Assembly (NCBI GenBank): GCA_036012125.1
Contig: DASCOS010000002.1
Location: 13,021 to 77,020, forward strand
DNA length: 64,000 nt
DNA from: Vicinamibacterales bacterium
GTDB lineage: Bacteria > Acidobacteriota > Vicinamibacteria > Vicinamibacterales > UBA823
Direction of reading: 5' to 3'
Both the position numbers and the translations under genes were made by a program. Of the stretch, positions 8,565-19,439 are shown in pieces (the first letter of the stretch is position 1; every line of letters begins with the position of its first letter). Under the pieces are notes generated by a model. The model did not search any database and was not told the origin of the DNA. It saw only the letters and a program-made list of their open reading frames with translations.

Positions 8565-9754
8565 CTGAACGGATCTACTACACCGAACCCACGAAGACCA
8601 CTTTCGAGGCGCTGGTAGTTGCTGTTGAGTCTAATGGTTCACAGTCAACTGTCGAGCTTGATAAGACGGTGTTCTATCCAAGCTCAGGTGGGCAACCCCA
8701 TGACACGGGTGTCTTGGGTGGCGCGCGCGTTGTCGATGTACGAGAGCTCGACGCGGGACGCATTGGTCACGTTATTACTGGTGTGGTAAAGGAGAGCCAG
8801 GTGGTGACCGGAATGATCGATTGGCCCAGACGTTTTGACCATATGCAGCAGCATTCAGGCCAACACGTTCTGTCAGCCGTGTTCGACCAGCGTCACAGTG
8901 CAAGAACGGTCGGATTTCATTTGGGTCAGGAGGTATCAACAATTGATCTCGACCGTCACCTGCCGGTCGAAGCGGTGGCAGAGGCTGAATTGGATGCCAA
9001 CGAGGCGGTGTGGCGGAACCATCCGGTGAGCATCAGATTTGCCACTGGCTCCGAAGTGGCTGCTTTACCGTTGCGTAAGGAGCCTGTTAGGTCAGGTGAT
9101 TTAAGACTAATCGAAATTGATGGCGTGGACCTTTCGGCATGCGGGGGAACCCACGTGGATCGCACCGGAACTATTGGGCTTATCGCTATTACAGGGACTG
9201 AACGGTTCCGGAACGGACTTAGAGTTTCTTTTGTATGCGGCGGAAGAGTTCTCAAGGAGTTTCGTGCCAGAGGAGTGACGTTAGATGCTAGTGCTCAATT
9301 ATTTTCCGGAAATGAATCAGACATACCAGACCAGATTGCCACGCTGCAACACACTATGAAAGGTTTACAGCACACGCACCGTACGGCGGAAGCGCGGTTA
9401 AGCGTTTACGAAGCTGCTGCGCTGGCCGCTAACGCTGAAGAGATGCCCGCTTGGTCGTCAATCGTCGCGGCTGTGGAAGTATCGGAGGCTGGGGCGCTCA
9501 GAATGCTGGTTAACGCGCTGATTGCCGAACCACATCGCGTGGCGGTTCTATTTTCATCGGTGCTGCCGGCGCTGGTTGTTGTGGCCCGGTCGGCCGATGT
9601 GGATCTTGATGCGCGAACCATTCTCAGTCAACTGATCGAGCGTTTTGGAGGCCGTGGGGGAGGGAAGTCAGACCTAGCACAGGGCGGTGGACTTTCGGGC
9701 GTGCCCTCTGAACTCTTGGATGCGGCGCGCACCATTCTTTCCGAGCATCGATGA
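8561..9754 (+). CDS. alaX: AlaX-type alanyl-tRNA editing protein (editing domain plus DHHA1)
   Basis: Motifs HSGQHVLS (HxxxH), CGGTHV, and C-terminal GGRGGGKSDLAQGG. ATGA overlap with the queC stop; the ORF track starts at 8489. Confidence 0.8.
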   Translation: MTERIYYTEPTKTTFEALVVAVESNGSQSTVELDKTVFYPSSGGQPHDTGVLGGARVVDVRELDAGRIGHVITGVVKESQVVTGMIDWPRRFDHMQQHSGQHVLSAVFDQRHSARTVGFHLGQEVSTIDLDRHLPVEAVAEAELDANEAVWRNHPVSIRFATGSEVAALPLRKEPVRSGDLRLIEIDGVDLSACGGTHVDRTGTIGLIAITGTERFRNGLRVSFVCGGRVLKEFRARGVTLDASAQLFSGNESDIPDQIATLQHTMKGLQHTHRTAEARLSVYEAAALAANAEEMPAWSSIVAAVEVSEAGALRMLVNALIAEPHRVAVLFSSVLPALVVVARSADVDLDARTILSQLIERFGGRGGGKSDLAQGGGLSGVPSELLDAARTILSEHR

Positions 9755-9764
9755 GACAGCGTGC

Positions 9765-11096
9765 CTACGGTAAGTCCTCGTCGTTGTTGCTCAGTGTGGC
9801 CACGGCAGTCATGACTTCCTCAAAGACGGCTGTTTCAATGATCGATGCGACTGCGTCTCGGTTAGCTAAAGCGTAAATGATATCAGCGCTTCGGCCGAAT
9901 GTGACACGTTCCTCCCGTTCCCCATCGAACATGGTCACAGTTGCAGTTGGCGCATCGAGACCTGTGTTCTCGAGGGAAGTGGTGAAGCGCTCAGCACGGA
10001 AACTGACTAGACCTGTTAACAGATCAGAGACAGTCCCCTGATCGACCTCGCCGGTTAATGGTTCGAGCCTTTGCCACGCGAATGGAGTCACCTCGCTCTT
10101 TGTTATCACCAGTCGGGCTTCAGGTTGCTCAATTTCCAGTCGAGTTGTAGTTGTTGGATTAAAGGTAAACAGTTCTGCCTGTCGGTAATCTTCCGGTGAC
10201 CGCGTAAGATCATCCACCAGAGAGTTTTCGACTGTAAAGAGTAGTGAGCGAGCCGCGTCTCGTGCGTAGGAGTTCCCACTATCAGCATTCGTTCCTACCA
10301 ACAAGGTTGCTTCTGTTGATCCGGCGCCGACGACCGCACTAATAAGCGGTGCGGCAAGGCCATAGTCGTCGAGGTTAGCGCCGTCTGTCTCGATCACCGC
10401 TTGCATGCGTGCAGTGTCGAGTTTCGTTAAGAGAGCATTAACAGTGTTCGATGCAGCTCGTATCTTCCAGGGTTCTTCGAGATGCCAGACGCCATCAGCG
10501 TGGACCAGCTTGACGGTGTGAGCCGGCGTCGTAAGACTGAGGCGGTCGACGTCATCGCGGTCGAACTCTACAATCGCCTTATCACGGAGATCGAAAGTTG
10601 TAAGATCGAAACTGCTTTGAAGGTAAGCGTCAACTAGGAATACCCGGGGATCATCTGAGCGCATCGCGTACAGATGGCCACCAGTGGAAGTTTGATTTCC
10701 GAGGAGGAGTCGAATGACTCTGTCTTCCCCTTCAGCTTTGAACGCGATTTCGACCGTTGGATCAGCCAAACCAAATCGGTCCAAATCGTCTGCAATATCT
10801 TGGACCACTCGCTCGACCTCAAGTGCTGACACGCCGGTGGTGATACCCGAGACCTCGATTCCGTCAGCTTTTGTCCGGACTGGCTCGATGATGTTCCATA
10901 TGCCGTCGGTCTTACGCAGCACGGTCCGATCCCCGGATGCTGTGACTTCGAGTTCTACGAGGTCTGCCGATTCCATGTTGAATACTCGGTCCTTAGCGTT
11001 TTCGGCTTCAATCCGTGAGGGACGATCGGCTTCGATGAAGTAGGCGTAGGCTGCGAGCGTGGCAGCCAAGGTCAAGAGCAGTAACGTGGAACGCAT
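9765..11096 (-). CDS. secreted DUF4340-like protein, last gene of the GldG-type ABC module
   Basis: Signal or anchor sequence MRSTLLLLTLAATLAAYAYF. Repetitive beta-rich domains. The family assignment rests mainly on its position after the GldG-like gene. Confidence 0.55.
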   Translation of the reverse strand: MRSTLLLLTLAATLAAYAYFIEADRPSRIEAENAKDRVFNMESADLVELEVTASGDRTVLRKTDGIWNIIEPVRTKADGIEVSGITTGVSALEVERVVQDIADDLDRFGLADPTVEIAFKAEGEDRVIRLLLGNQTSTGGHLYAMRSDDPRVFLVDAYLQSSFDLTTFDLRDKAIVEFDRDDVDRLSLTTPAHTVKLVHADGVWHLEEPWKIRAASNTVNALLTKLDTARMQAVIETDGANLDDYGLAAPLISAVVGAGSTEATLLVGTNADSGNSYARDAARSLLFTVENSLVDDLTRSPEDYRQAELFTFNPTTTTRLEIEQPEARLVITKSEVTPFAWQRLEPLTGEVDQGTVSDLLTGLVSFRAERFTTSLENTGLDAPTATVTMFDGEREERVTFGRSADIIYALANRDAVASIIETAVFEEVMTAVATLSNNDEDLP

Positions 11097-11105
11097 CTCG
11101 TCTAC

Positions 11106-12695
11106 TTACGACCGTCGCTGCCACCAAGAGTAAATGCCGGTACCTAGAACAAGGCCAGGCAAAAACACTAGCGATAGCCAGAAGATCCGCCGCTGTTGAT
11201 TGGCCGTAAGCGTAATGCGCCGATCTTCAGGCTGTCGCGCACGAATCGCGACAAGATTTTCCTGTTGAGCCAGCCAATTCACCGTGTTGAGGAACAAGTC
11301 TCGATTGCCTTGTATTCCCAGGGCAAAGTTTGAAGCGAAATCCGAATCACCTATAACCACAACGCGTGTCTCCGTCGCGGTTTGGTTAATGTCCACCCCT
11401 GAGTCGACTGGCTCAGGGGTTGTCTCAACCGGTGCCGTGATAGCAAGCCCGATAACGACTGGCCCAGCTACGTCACCCTGAGTCTCATCCAGTTCAACCT
11501 CACCGTCGCTGGTTACTAGGTTAATGTTTGACTCAGCCCAGCTGTCCGCGCCAGTTTCCACCAAAGGCTGAGGCATGCGCCCATTAACACCACCTGTTGT
11601 AGCCGTGAGTGAACGTGCCAGAGGGAATGCTGTTAGAAAGTTGAATCGCTCGGTAATAGCATGCGGTGGATAGCTGGCGGCGACAGGAACCGACGCGTCG
11701 GTTCCAATCAGTTGACCCATAGCGCTCACATCCACAACTATGTCATTTGACAGTTCGACCGCCCAAGCTGAAAGGAGCTGTTCGAGATTGACTAAAGGAA
11801 GGGTGTCGGCGGTCACCTGAGGATCAACTAGGAAAAAAGCTTTACCACCATTGCCTAAATAGCGTTCGAGAGCTTTGATTTCCCCGGCAAGCAAATCGTT
11901 ATCTGGGCCAGCGACGATGACGACTGACGCATCATCAGGAACTTCCTCACGCTGTGCCAGCACCAGAGTCTCAACGGTAAAGTTGTCTCCTTCAAGAGCA
12001 CTCACTACCGCGTTGTACCCATCTCGTTCAGCGCTCGCGACATTTTTCTCGCCGTGACCTTCGAGGAAGTACACAGTGAGCGACTCACCTTCAATAGCCT
12101 TGATCATTGCATTCGTCAGTTCCTGCTCGGTGTCAGCGGTTACTCGCTCAATCCGGTCTCTGTACTCGAATACGACTGTGCCATACGACTGGATTTGGTA
12201 TTGGCCCGCTTCCATTGGTTCTTTGTCGATATCTATGTAGCGAACAGAGACCTCAGGGCTGACATCTTCGTATTCTACGAGCCGGCTCCGGAAACGATCG
12301 AAATCGTCATCGCGCCCGAACACGAGAATCGACATCGGCACATCAAGCGATTCGAGAATACGGATTGTTTGATCCGAAAGTGTGAACTGACGGGCCGCCG
12401 TGAGGTCCCAGCGCCAATTTTGTTTAGAGGCGATGTAATTTATCGAGATGAAAATTCCGAGGACAGCGGCAATGCTCAATGCAGCTATTGAGCCGTATCG
12501 CGCCTGACGGCGTCTGAAGATCCTAGATGCCTCACGCCAGTGGGCTAACAGGTAGAGCGACACACAGACGAAGCCGGCGACCGCGCACCAATACCAGACG
12601 TTCTGCCATTCGGGTCGGAACCACAACAACGCTACAGCAAGGAAGGTCAGCGCGGTACCCACCCATCCGAATCCTAAGATGATCTTGCGTAACAT
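11106..12695 (-). CDS. GldG-like ABC-transporter auxiliary component
   Basis: N-terminal TM helices, a large periplasmic domain and a C-terminal TM (IFWLSLVFLPGLVLGTGIYSWW). Located after the ABC-2 permease. Confidence 0.75.
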   Translation of the reverse strand: MLRKIILGFGWVGTALTFLAVALLWFRPEWQNVWYWCAVAGFVCVSLYLLAHWREASRIFRRRQARYGSIAALSIAAVLGIFISINYIASKQNWRWDLTAARQFTLSDQTIRILESLDVPMSILVFGRDDDFDRFRSRLVEYEDVSPEVSVRYIDIDKEPMEAGQYQIQSYGTVVFEYRDRIERVTADTEQELTNAMIKAIEGESLTVYFLEGHGEKNVASAERDGYNAVVSALEGDNFTVETLVLAQREEVPDDASVVIVAGPDNDLLAGEIKALERYLGNGGKAFFLVDPQVTADTLPLVNLEQLLSAWAVELSNDIVVDVSAMGQLIGTDASVPVAASYPPHAITERFNFLTAFPLARSLTATTGGVNGRMPQPLVETGADSWAESNINLVTSDGEVELDETQGDVAGPVVIGLAITAPVETTPEPVDSGVDINQTATETRVVVIGDSDFASNFALGIQGNRDLFLNTVNWLAQQENLVAIRARQPEDRRITLTANQQRRIFWLSLVFLPGLVLGTGIYSWWQRRS

Positions 12696-12727
12696 ATCTG
12701 TATCTTATCGACTGCGGTTAGCCTGAC

Positions 12728-13501
12728 TCAGTTTCTCCACCGTTCGCTGTCAACTGACTTGGCCGTCAGGAACAGCCCGAATGCGATGAAACTCAGGTAG
12801 TACACGATGTGCTTTGTATCGAGAACTCCTCGAGAAAAATCCTCGAAGTGTCCGGTAATAGACAAATACGTTAGCACCTCTCGTGTCACTGGACCGGTAG
12901 AGTCAGCCATCCAGTTAATAACCCATAGCAGCAGGAAGACCGCGAAGGTGGCCATTCCGGAAACGGCTTGGTTTCTGGTCATGCTTGAAATCAGCAATCC
13001 GACCGAAACGAAGCAGCCTCCAAGCAGTAGAAGTCCTAGGTAGCTGATCGCTACAGGCAGCCACTCGGGCTCACCATAGAGAAACAGGAAGCCGATGTGA
13101 AAAAGCGTCGCTGCCAGCATCATGCCGTAAAGCGCCATAGCGCCAGCGAACTTTCCAAGGATGATGTGCCAATCGCTCACTGGTGATGTCAGCAGTAGTT
13201 CAATAGTGCCGGATCGTTTTTCTTCTGAGTAGCTACGCATTGTTACCATTGGCAAGACAAATAAAATGATCACGGTTGCATTGATCATCAATGGGCGAAT
13301 CAAGTCTTGATTCACGTTGATTGTGGTGGGGCCGGCAAATCCAAACTGTCCAACCTGCAGACTCTGTCTGAGAAAGAACGATAAGATCGCACTGTAGAAG
13401 TATCCGAACAGCAACGCAAAAAGACCGATGATCACGTATGCAATAGGAGAGGCGAAGTACGCCTTCAGTTCCTTCTGAGCAATGGCGAAGATGTTACGCA
13501 T
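12728..13501 (-). CDS. ABC-2 family permease (GldF-like)
   Basis: Six predicted TM helices. Start MRNIFAIAQKELKAYF at 13501 overlaps the ATPase stop (ATGCGTAA). Confidence 0.8.
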   Translation of the reverse strand: MRNIFAIAQKELKAYFASPIAYVIIGLFALLFGYFYSAILSFFLRQSLQVGQFGFAGPTTINVNQDLIRPLMINATVIILFVLPMVTMRSYSEEKRSGTIELLLTSPVSDWHIILGKFAGAMALYGMMLAATLFHIGFLFLYGEPEWLPVAISYLGLLLLGGCFVSVGLLISSMTRNQAVSGMATFAVFLLLWVINWMADSTGPVTREVLTYLSITGHFEDFSRGVLDTKHIVYYLSFIAFGLFLTAKSVDSERWRN

Positions 13502-14495
13502 TGGTTCCTCCTGACTCGGCTTGGTCAGCATTCTTCCCATCAGGATTCTCGTGCTCAGGTTCGACCTCTTCGGTCGTGAGGTCGAGAAAGATTTCTTCAA
13601 GACTCATTCGCGTTGACCGCAATTCGAGAAGACCCCAGCCGTGTGTTACGACGGTGCGGGCCAAATCGCGACGCAGGTCTCGTCCTTGGATCGTCTCGAC
13701 TTCGGCGCTGACCACGCCCGAATCTTGAGAATTCACTGTCACACGTGTGACGCCGTCAAGTGCTAGCAGAGCCGATGCCGGGTTCGCTGAGCCCGCGTCT
13801 ATCTGTAGGGAAACGGTTTCGGCACCCTGTAGACGGGCAGTCAAATTGTCTGGCGTATCCTCGGCGACGACCCTGCCGCGATTAATGATGACGATGCGTT
13901 GGCAGGTCTGGGAGACTTCAGGCAGGATGTGGGTGCTGAGAATGATCGTATGGTCGCCAGCCAGGCTCTTGATAAGCTCCCGAGTTTCGATAATCTGTTT
14001 CGGGTCAAGGCCAGCGGTGGGTTCGTCGAGAATTAAAACGTCAGGATTGTACATAATTGCCTGCGCAAGACCAACGCGCTGCCGATAACCCTTCGATAGT
14101 TTCCCACAGTGCCGATCGGCTATGTGGTCAACCCGAGTGCGCTCCATTGACGACCCAACCAGGCGCTGACGGTCGTTACTCGACACGCCATTGATCCGAG
14201 CGACGAAGGTCAGGTACTCACGAACAGTCATTTCGGGGTAAAGGGGCGGTGTTTCAGGCAAATAACCAGTATGTCGCTTGGCCTCGATCGGTTGTTCGAA
14301 TACATCAAATCCAGCGACGATAGCTTTTCCTTCTGTAGCCGGAATGTATCCGGTCAACACACGCATTGTTGTGGTCTTCCCAGCGCCGTTAGGTCCTAAA
14401 AAACCAAGGATTTCACCTGGCTCGACACGAAAGCTGATGTTATCGACGGCCGTGAGTGCCCCGTAAACCTTTGTGAGATGTTGGACTTCAATCAT
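13494..14495 (-). CDS. ABC transporter ATP-binding protein (GldA-like)
   Basis: Walker A GPNGAGKTT, signature LSKGYRQR, Walker B LILDEPTAGLD. Confidence 0.9.
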   Translation of the reverse strand: MIEVQHLTKVYGALTAVDNISFRVEPGEILGFLGPNGAGKTTTMRVLTGYIPATEGKAIVAGFDVFEQPIEAKRHTGYLPETPPLYPEMTVREYLTFVARINGVSSNDRQRLVGSSMERTRVDHIADRHCGKLSKGYRQRVGLAQAIMYNPDVLILDEPTAGLDPKQIIETRELIKSLAGDHTIILSTHILPEVSQTCQRIVIINRGRVVAEDTPDNLTARLQGAETVSLQIDAGSANPASALLALDGVTRVTVNSQDSGVVSAEVETIQGRDLRRDLARTVVTHGWGLLELRSTRMSLEEIFLDLTTEEVEPEHENPDGKNADQAESGGTNA

Positions 14496-14628
14496 GAAGT
14501 GTTCTCCAAGCTGACAAAATGTTCACGGCTGGAATCGCCTGCGTGACACGCGCCGTCGCCGATAGCTGGCCAGCTGTTTTGGGCCAGTGTTAAGAACGCG
14601 AGCCCATTGATTTGACCACTAGACCTAG

Positions 14629-14658
14629 ATCGTACGTCTGCGGAAAAGGGAGTGTCAA
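14629..14658 (-). promoter_or_regulatory. sigma70-like promoter candidate for the ABC operon
   Basis: On the minus strand: TTGACA, 18-nt spacer, TACGAT, about 130 nt upstream of the ATPase start. Confidence 0.4.
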
Positions 14659-14737
14659 CCTCGTCTAGCAGGAAGCAATCAGGAAAAGGAGATTAATAAT
14701 TCGTGAAGTATGGTTTTAGTCGGGCTGGATCAGCAGT

Positions 14738-15436
14738 TTACGCAGTGGCCGAATCGAAATGTCGATCGAGGAAGCCATCAATAGCTACCTGATCAGCCGC
14801 ATCAACCCTTTCGAACTGCAGCCCCATTCCGACGCGTTGGTCAGTCCAGACAACGCGTGCATCAGCCTCGATTTCACGTTTAGTTCCTGGTAGCCGAAAG
14901 CGGATCCTTGCCTTCGACGACAATTCGAATGAAGTCATAGTACGAATCGCGATACCGCCTTTGCTCAAGTTAAGGGTGGTGGCCGTGCTAAGCGAGTCGC
15001 CAACGGCATAGGAGACGGGAATGCCAAGCGACACCCTGGGGCTACTGCGACGGTTGAAGCTGTCAGGAGATAAGTGCGGCGCTAGCATCGGGAGGATCTG
15101 CTGGGTGGGACACTGTTCATTGACGTAGCCCACGACGCCAAGATCTGCAAGCTGTCGGGCTTCATTATTCGATGTGACACTGCTGCTAAAGATAAGGACC
15201 GGTGGGAAGTGTTCAAATCTTTTTATGGACTGGACGAGCGAAGGTCCCCTGCACGTTCCCAATTGGAGATCGAGAATAACGAGGTCGATCCGATTGCTAG
15301 TGTCGACTAGTTGTTCGACCAACGCTTCATACTTCGTTACGACTATTGCACGATGTTCGGCTGAGGTTAGGGCGTCAGCGAATCGTTCCGCGAGAGCGAT
15401 TTCGCGTGCTGCGATGACTACGGTCTTCACAGTCAT
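14738..15436 (-). CDS. receiver-like domain fused to a PilZ (c-di-GMP binding) domain
   Basis: The REC-like N-terminus keeps the Asp in LVILDLQL but lacks the acidic DD pair (VVIAAREI) and the conserved Lys. The PilZ motifs RRSSPR (RxxxR) and NLSKGG (D/NxSxxG) are present. Confidence 0.8.
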   Translation of the reverse strand: MTVKTVVIAAREIALAERFADALTSAEHRAIVVTKYEALVEQLVDTSNRIDLVILDLQLGTCRGPSLVQSIKRFEHFPPVLIFSSSVTSNNEARQLADLGVVGYVNEQCPTQQILPMLAPHLSPDSFNRRSSPRVSLGIPVSYAVGDSLSTATTLNLSKGGIAIRTMTSFELSSKARIRFRLPGTKREIEADARVVWTDQRVGMGLQFERVDAADQVAIDGFLDRHFDSATA

Positions 15437-15783
15437 GATGGCTGGCTATACCTCAGTTGACCCACATTGTATCGAGGTGAAGGTATTAGCGTTGGTGAAG
15501 ACCGAGGACTCTGGTCCGAATGTGATTCGTGGCCCGCAGTGACGAACTTTCCCAATTTTAAGTTCAAACTGGTCTTGGATGGCAACCAATGGCGAAGTGC
15601 TGAAACCGACCAGGTAGTGTTGGGAACCCAGTTAAGAATAACGCCTCCTCGGAATAGGCTCAGCGGAAGCGCCGCCCCTGTGCGTTGTCCTTCGCCTGTC
15701 TAGCGTAAATAGGGCACTATTCGGTCACCAGACCGGTTCCTTTTAGGGCTTGAGACCGGGTTCGGAGTAATTTAATAGTGTGA

Positions 15784-15812
15784 TTGACAGATTTCACCTG
15801 AAAAACTAAAGT
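15784..15812 (+). promoter_or_regulatory. sigma70-like promoter candidate for pal
   Basis: TTGACA, 17-nt spacer, TAAAGT, about 105 nt upstream of the pal ATG. Confidence 0.4.
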
Positions 15813-15916
15813 CGTAGGCTCACCCCGAGGCATTTTTGAGGTCTGGGTGTGTGTGGGACGCCTGACGTAGTCTCTATTTAGGGACGTCGGGTATTGCGAA
15901 GAGGAGAAGTTCCATC

Positions 15917-16492
<576 letters not shown>

Positions 16493-16503
16493 TTACGTTC
16501 GAC

Positions 16504-16540
16504 ACGGGCGTGGCGGGACCTAAAGTTCTGTCACGCCCGT
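16504..16540. terminator. hairpin between convergent pal and the grx-like gene (possible bidirectional terminator, no U-tract)
   Basis: ACGGGCGTG (16504-16512) pairs perfectly with CACGCCCGT (16532-16540), with a 19-nt loop. Confidence 0.35.
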
Positions 16541-16571
16541 TGTCTGTACGGCAACTGTCTGTAGAGGCGTT

Positions 16572-16820
16572 CTATTCCTGTTCTAGGATTCTGATCAACT
16601 CGCTGCTCTCAATTCTGGCAGTCGCTGATTTTTTCCCGTCGATCACTAAAACGGGAACTTCCTCTCCGTGTCGCCGCTCAAGCTCAATATCACCTGTGAT
16701 GTCCACAATCTGAAGTTCGATAGCCATGTGCCCTCGCAGCTGATCGATTTGTGCCTTCATCTCGTCGCACAAGTGGCAATCGTGCTTGGTGTAGAGGATC
16801 AGGTTGCGCCGCTGGTTCAT
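16572..16820 (-). CDS. glutaredoxin-like small thioredoxin-fold protein (DUF836-like)
   Basis: 82 aa with [14 protein letters not shown] (CxxC) and [12 protein letters not shown] overlap with the pyrF stop. Confidence 0.7.
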   Translation of the reverse strand: MNQRRNLILYTKHDCHLCDEMKAQIDQLRGHMAIELQIVDITGDIELERRHGEEVPVLVIDGKKSATARIESSELIRILEQE

Positions 16821-17509
16821 GGGTCCAAAACCTCGGCCAGCTGCTTCGAAGCGGCTAATGGATCGGGTGCCTCGATGATAGGTCGACCGACGACGAGGAA
16901 ATTAGCGCCCGCTGCTACAGCGCTTGCTGCGGTGGCGGTCCGCCTTTGATCGTCCGCACCTTGCGCCAAGCTCACGGGTCTGATGCCGGGTGTCACGATT
17001 GTGAAGGATGGGCCACAAGCCGCGCGGATTACCTTGATCTCCCTAGGCGAAGCAACAACTCCGTCGACACCGGCCCGTTGGGCGAGTTCGGCCAGCGCGA
17101 CCACATGATCGGCCAGCGGTCGTTGGGTAATGCCGAGGTGAGAAAGGTCTGCGTCATCCAGGCTAGTCAGCAGGGTGACCGCGACGATGCGAGGTCCTTC
17201 ATCACCGGCGGCTTCCTTCGCAGCGCGCAGCATGTCGTGACCACCGGAGGCGTGGACTGTGAGCATCCAGACGCCCATCTCAGCAGCTGACCGCACTGCA
17301 CCAGCAACGGTGTTCGGAATGTCGTGAAACTTCAGATCGAGAAAAACTCGATCACCACATTTACTCAGTGAACGGACGACCTCGGGGCCGGCAACTGTGT
17401 AGAGTTGACTTCCGACCTTGAAGCCTCCGACGTGTCCGCGAAGTTTGTCGGCTAGTGTCAGCGCGCGGTCCATCGAGTCGACATCGAGAGCGACTAAGAG
17501 CTGTTCCAT
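16817..17509 (-). CDS. pyrF: orotidine 5'-phosphate decarboxylase
   Basis: Motifs [19 protein letters not shown], and C-terminal LVVGRPI. Confidence 0.9.
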   Translation of the reverse strand: MEQLLVALDVDSMDRALTLADKLRGHVGGFKVGSQLYTVAGPEVVRSLSKCGDRVFLDLKFHDIPNTVAGAVRSAAEMGVWMLTVHASGGHDMLRAAKEAAGDEGPRIVAVTLLTSLDDADLSHLGITQRPLADHVVALAELAQRAGVDGVVASPREIKVIRAACGPSFTIVTPGIRPVSLAQGADDQRRTATAASAVAAGANFLVVGRPIIEAPDPLAASKQLAEVLDP

Positions 17510-18429
17510 GCTTGAGTTTCTGTTAGTTCAAGTGTTCCGACCAGGTTCTGTACCCGATCGATTTTGTGACGAGAGAGATATTCTTCAAGGTCCGCTAATA
17601 GCTCCGGCCAGAGGTTGGGATTTACGAAGTTTGCCGTCCCCACTTGCACGGCCGTAGCACCGGCAATGATGAATTCGAGTACATCTCTTGCAGTCGTAAT
17701 GCCGCCCATTCCAATGATTGGGATGGTTACGGCCTGACTACATTCATAGACCATCCGGACTGCGATCGGACGGATGGCTGGTCCGCTTAATCCCCCCACT
17801 CCATTTGATAGGGCTGGGCGACGAGTTTCGACGTCGATGGCCATGGCGAGGAAGGTATTTACCAGTGAAACGGCGTCTGCACCGGCTTCCTCCGCTGCCC
17901 TCGCGATACCGGCAATGTCAGTAACATTTGGAGTTAATTTAGGGATGATGGGTAGCTTCGTAACACTCCGAACAGCCTGGACCACCTCGCTTGTACCAAC
18001 AGCACTATTGCCGAAAGTGATTCCACCCGCTTTGATGTTCGGACATGAAATATTAAGCTCGATCGCGTCTACACCGTCAGCATCGGCAAGTATGCGAGTA
18101 ATTTCAACGTACTCATCGATTGTGCTACCACAGATGTTGACGATGACTGTGGCGCCTTGACTGTATAAGGCTGGTAGCTTCTCCGCAACGAAGCGATGAA
18201 CACCGATGCCCTGCAGTCCAATTGCGTTAAGCATCCCCGCCGGTGTTTCTACGATCCGCGGAGGGTTGTGGCCTTCACGCTCGGACAGAAACAGTCCTTT
18301 TACCGCGATACCCCCGAGTGCCTTCAGGTTGACAATTTCGGCGTATTCCACGCCGTAGCCGAAGCAGCCGCTCGCGGCGATTAACGGGTTCTTGAGGCGA
18401 AGCGAACCAATATCGACGTTCAGATCCAT
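17494..18429 (-). CDS. pyrD: dihydroorotate dehydrogenase, class 1B catalytic subunit
   Basis: Motifs [31 protein letters not shown]. Adjacent to pyrK. Confidence 0.9.
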   Translation of the reverse strand: MDLNVDIGSLRLKNPLIAASGCFGYGVEYAEIVNLKALGGIAVKGLFLSEREGHNPPRIVETPAGMLNAIGLQGIGVHRFVAEKLPALYSQGATVIVNICGSTIDEYVEITRILADADGVDAIELNISCPNIKAGGITFGNSAVGTSEVVQAVRSVTKLPIIPKLTPNVTDIAGIARAAEEAGADAVSLVNTFLAMAIDVETRRPALSNGVGGLSGPAIRPIAVRMVYECSQAVTIPIIGMGGITTARDVLEFIIAGATAVQVGTANFVNPNLWPELLADLEEYLSRHKIDRVQNLVGTLELTETQAWNSS

Positions 18430-18464
18430 GTTGTGCTAAACAAACTCGTTCCTCAGGTTGCGAA

Positions 18465-19286
18465 CTATAAGCAATTCCAGGCGATGGTTTGACTGTCGAA
18501 GACCGGCCCTTCGAGGCAAGCACGAACCAAGTGCGTCGGTTCGTGCTCGCTGTTACACACTGGTACGACACAGCTGTAACAGCCTCCCATGCCGCAACCC
18601 ATAACAGGTTCTAGTGACACCTGGCATGGTCGTTCGTGAGCCTTGGCCATTCCAGCTACAGTTCGCATCATCGGTGTCGGCCCACACGCATAAAGTGTAG
18701 GTTTTGCTGCTACCGCCGAGGCTGTGAGAGCACCTTCCAATGGCGCCGTCACCAACCCGGTCTCGCCCCGGCTGCCGTCTTCTGTCGCCAACACGAGTTC
18801 CACGCCGAGTTGTGTGAACGCGTCAAGATAGAACAAGTCGACTGAGCGTCGGCCACCGTAAAATAGCGTCGTCGGTGTGCCAGACTGCTGCAAGGCGGAC
18901 GCCAAGGTGAGAAACGGTGCGAGGCCAACACCACCAGCCACCATCCAGGCTTCTTGTGGTGGGGTGGCGACAGTGAACGGTATGCCAAGAGGGCCGAGGC
19001 AGCTGATCTCTTGATCGACTTCTACGGAGTATAGGATTTCTGTGCTGATTCCCACTCGTTTATTCAGGAGCGAGAATCCCGTTGGTGCACCGTTACCGGT
19101 CGACAATACCTCGAAGATGGAAAATGGGCGTCGCAGCAGCGGTTCGAATCCGGCAACTGGTTTAACCATAACGAACTGTCCAGGTCGAGCGCCTAAAGCC
19201 AGCGATGGCGCATCGAGGCAGACGACGTTGTAGTCGTCCGACAGACGAATGTTGGACACGACCCGAGCGTCTACATCGACTGGCAT
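18465..19286 (-). CDS. pyrK: dihydroorotate dehydrogenase electron-transfer subunit (FAD, 2Fe-2S)
   Basis: Start trimmed to MPVDVDARVV at 19286. Motif RRPFSI and C-terminal cluster CQVSLEPVMGCGMGGCYSC. Confidence 0.85.
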   Translation of the reverse strand: MPVDVDARVVSNIRLSDDYNVVCLDAPSLALGARPGQFVMVKPVAGFEPLLRRPFSIFEVLSTGNGAPTGFSLLNKRVGISTEILYSVEVDQEISCLGPLGIPFTVATPPQEAWMVAGGVGLAPFLTLASALQQSGTPTTLFYGGRRSVDLFYLDAFTQLGVELVLATEDGSRGETGLVTAPLEGALTASAVAAKPTLYACGPTPMMRTVAGMAKAHERPCQVSLEPVMGCGMGGCYSCVVPVCNSEHEPTHLVRACLEGPVFDSQTIAWNCL

Positions 19287-19439
19287 GCTCGCAGTATACC
19301 TTGAAGGTCGGCGCGGACCGCGGGGAGGTCTGAGGCATGGCGATCTGGCGCAATCTCCTGATAATGTTTCGATGGTCCAATAAGTTATCTCTAGGAAATG
19401 ATGCGCAGGTTGTCCACTATCCATGTATTTTGGGGAACG

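Noticed and set aside
15467-15703. A 78-aa ORF in the long PilZ-pal intergenic region. Its segment GLWSECDSWPAVTNFPNFKFKLVLDGNQW resembles the end of a CBM48 or AMPK-type glycogen-binding domain (..YKFxVDGxW..).
   Set aside because: Only a short motif-level resemblance. There is no RBS, the first half of such a domain is missing, and I cannot verify it without a search. At best it is a decayed remnant.
15730-15763. Direct repeat AGACCGGTTC ... AGACCGGGTTC upstream of the pal promoter candidate, considered as a transcription-factor site.
   Set aside because: It is a single imperfect pair with no partner regulator or conservation evidence available. Noted only.
19136-19156. A GGTTCGAATCC string resembling a tRNA T-loop.
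   Set aside because: The flanking bases do not form a T-stem (AGCGG versus CCGGC). No acceptor, D or anticodon arms can be drawn, and the string lies inside the pyrK coding sequence.
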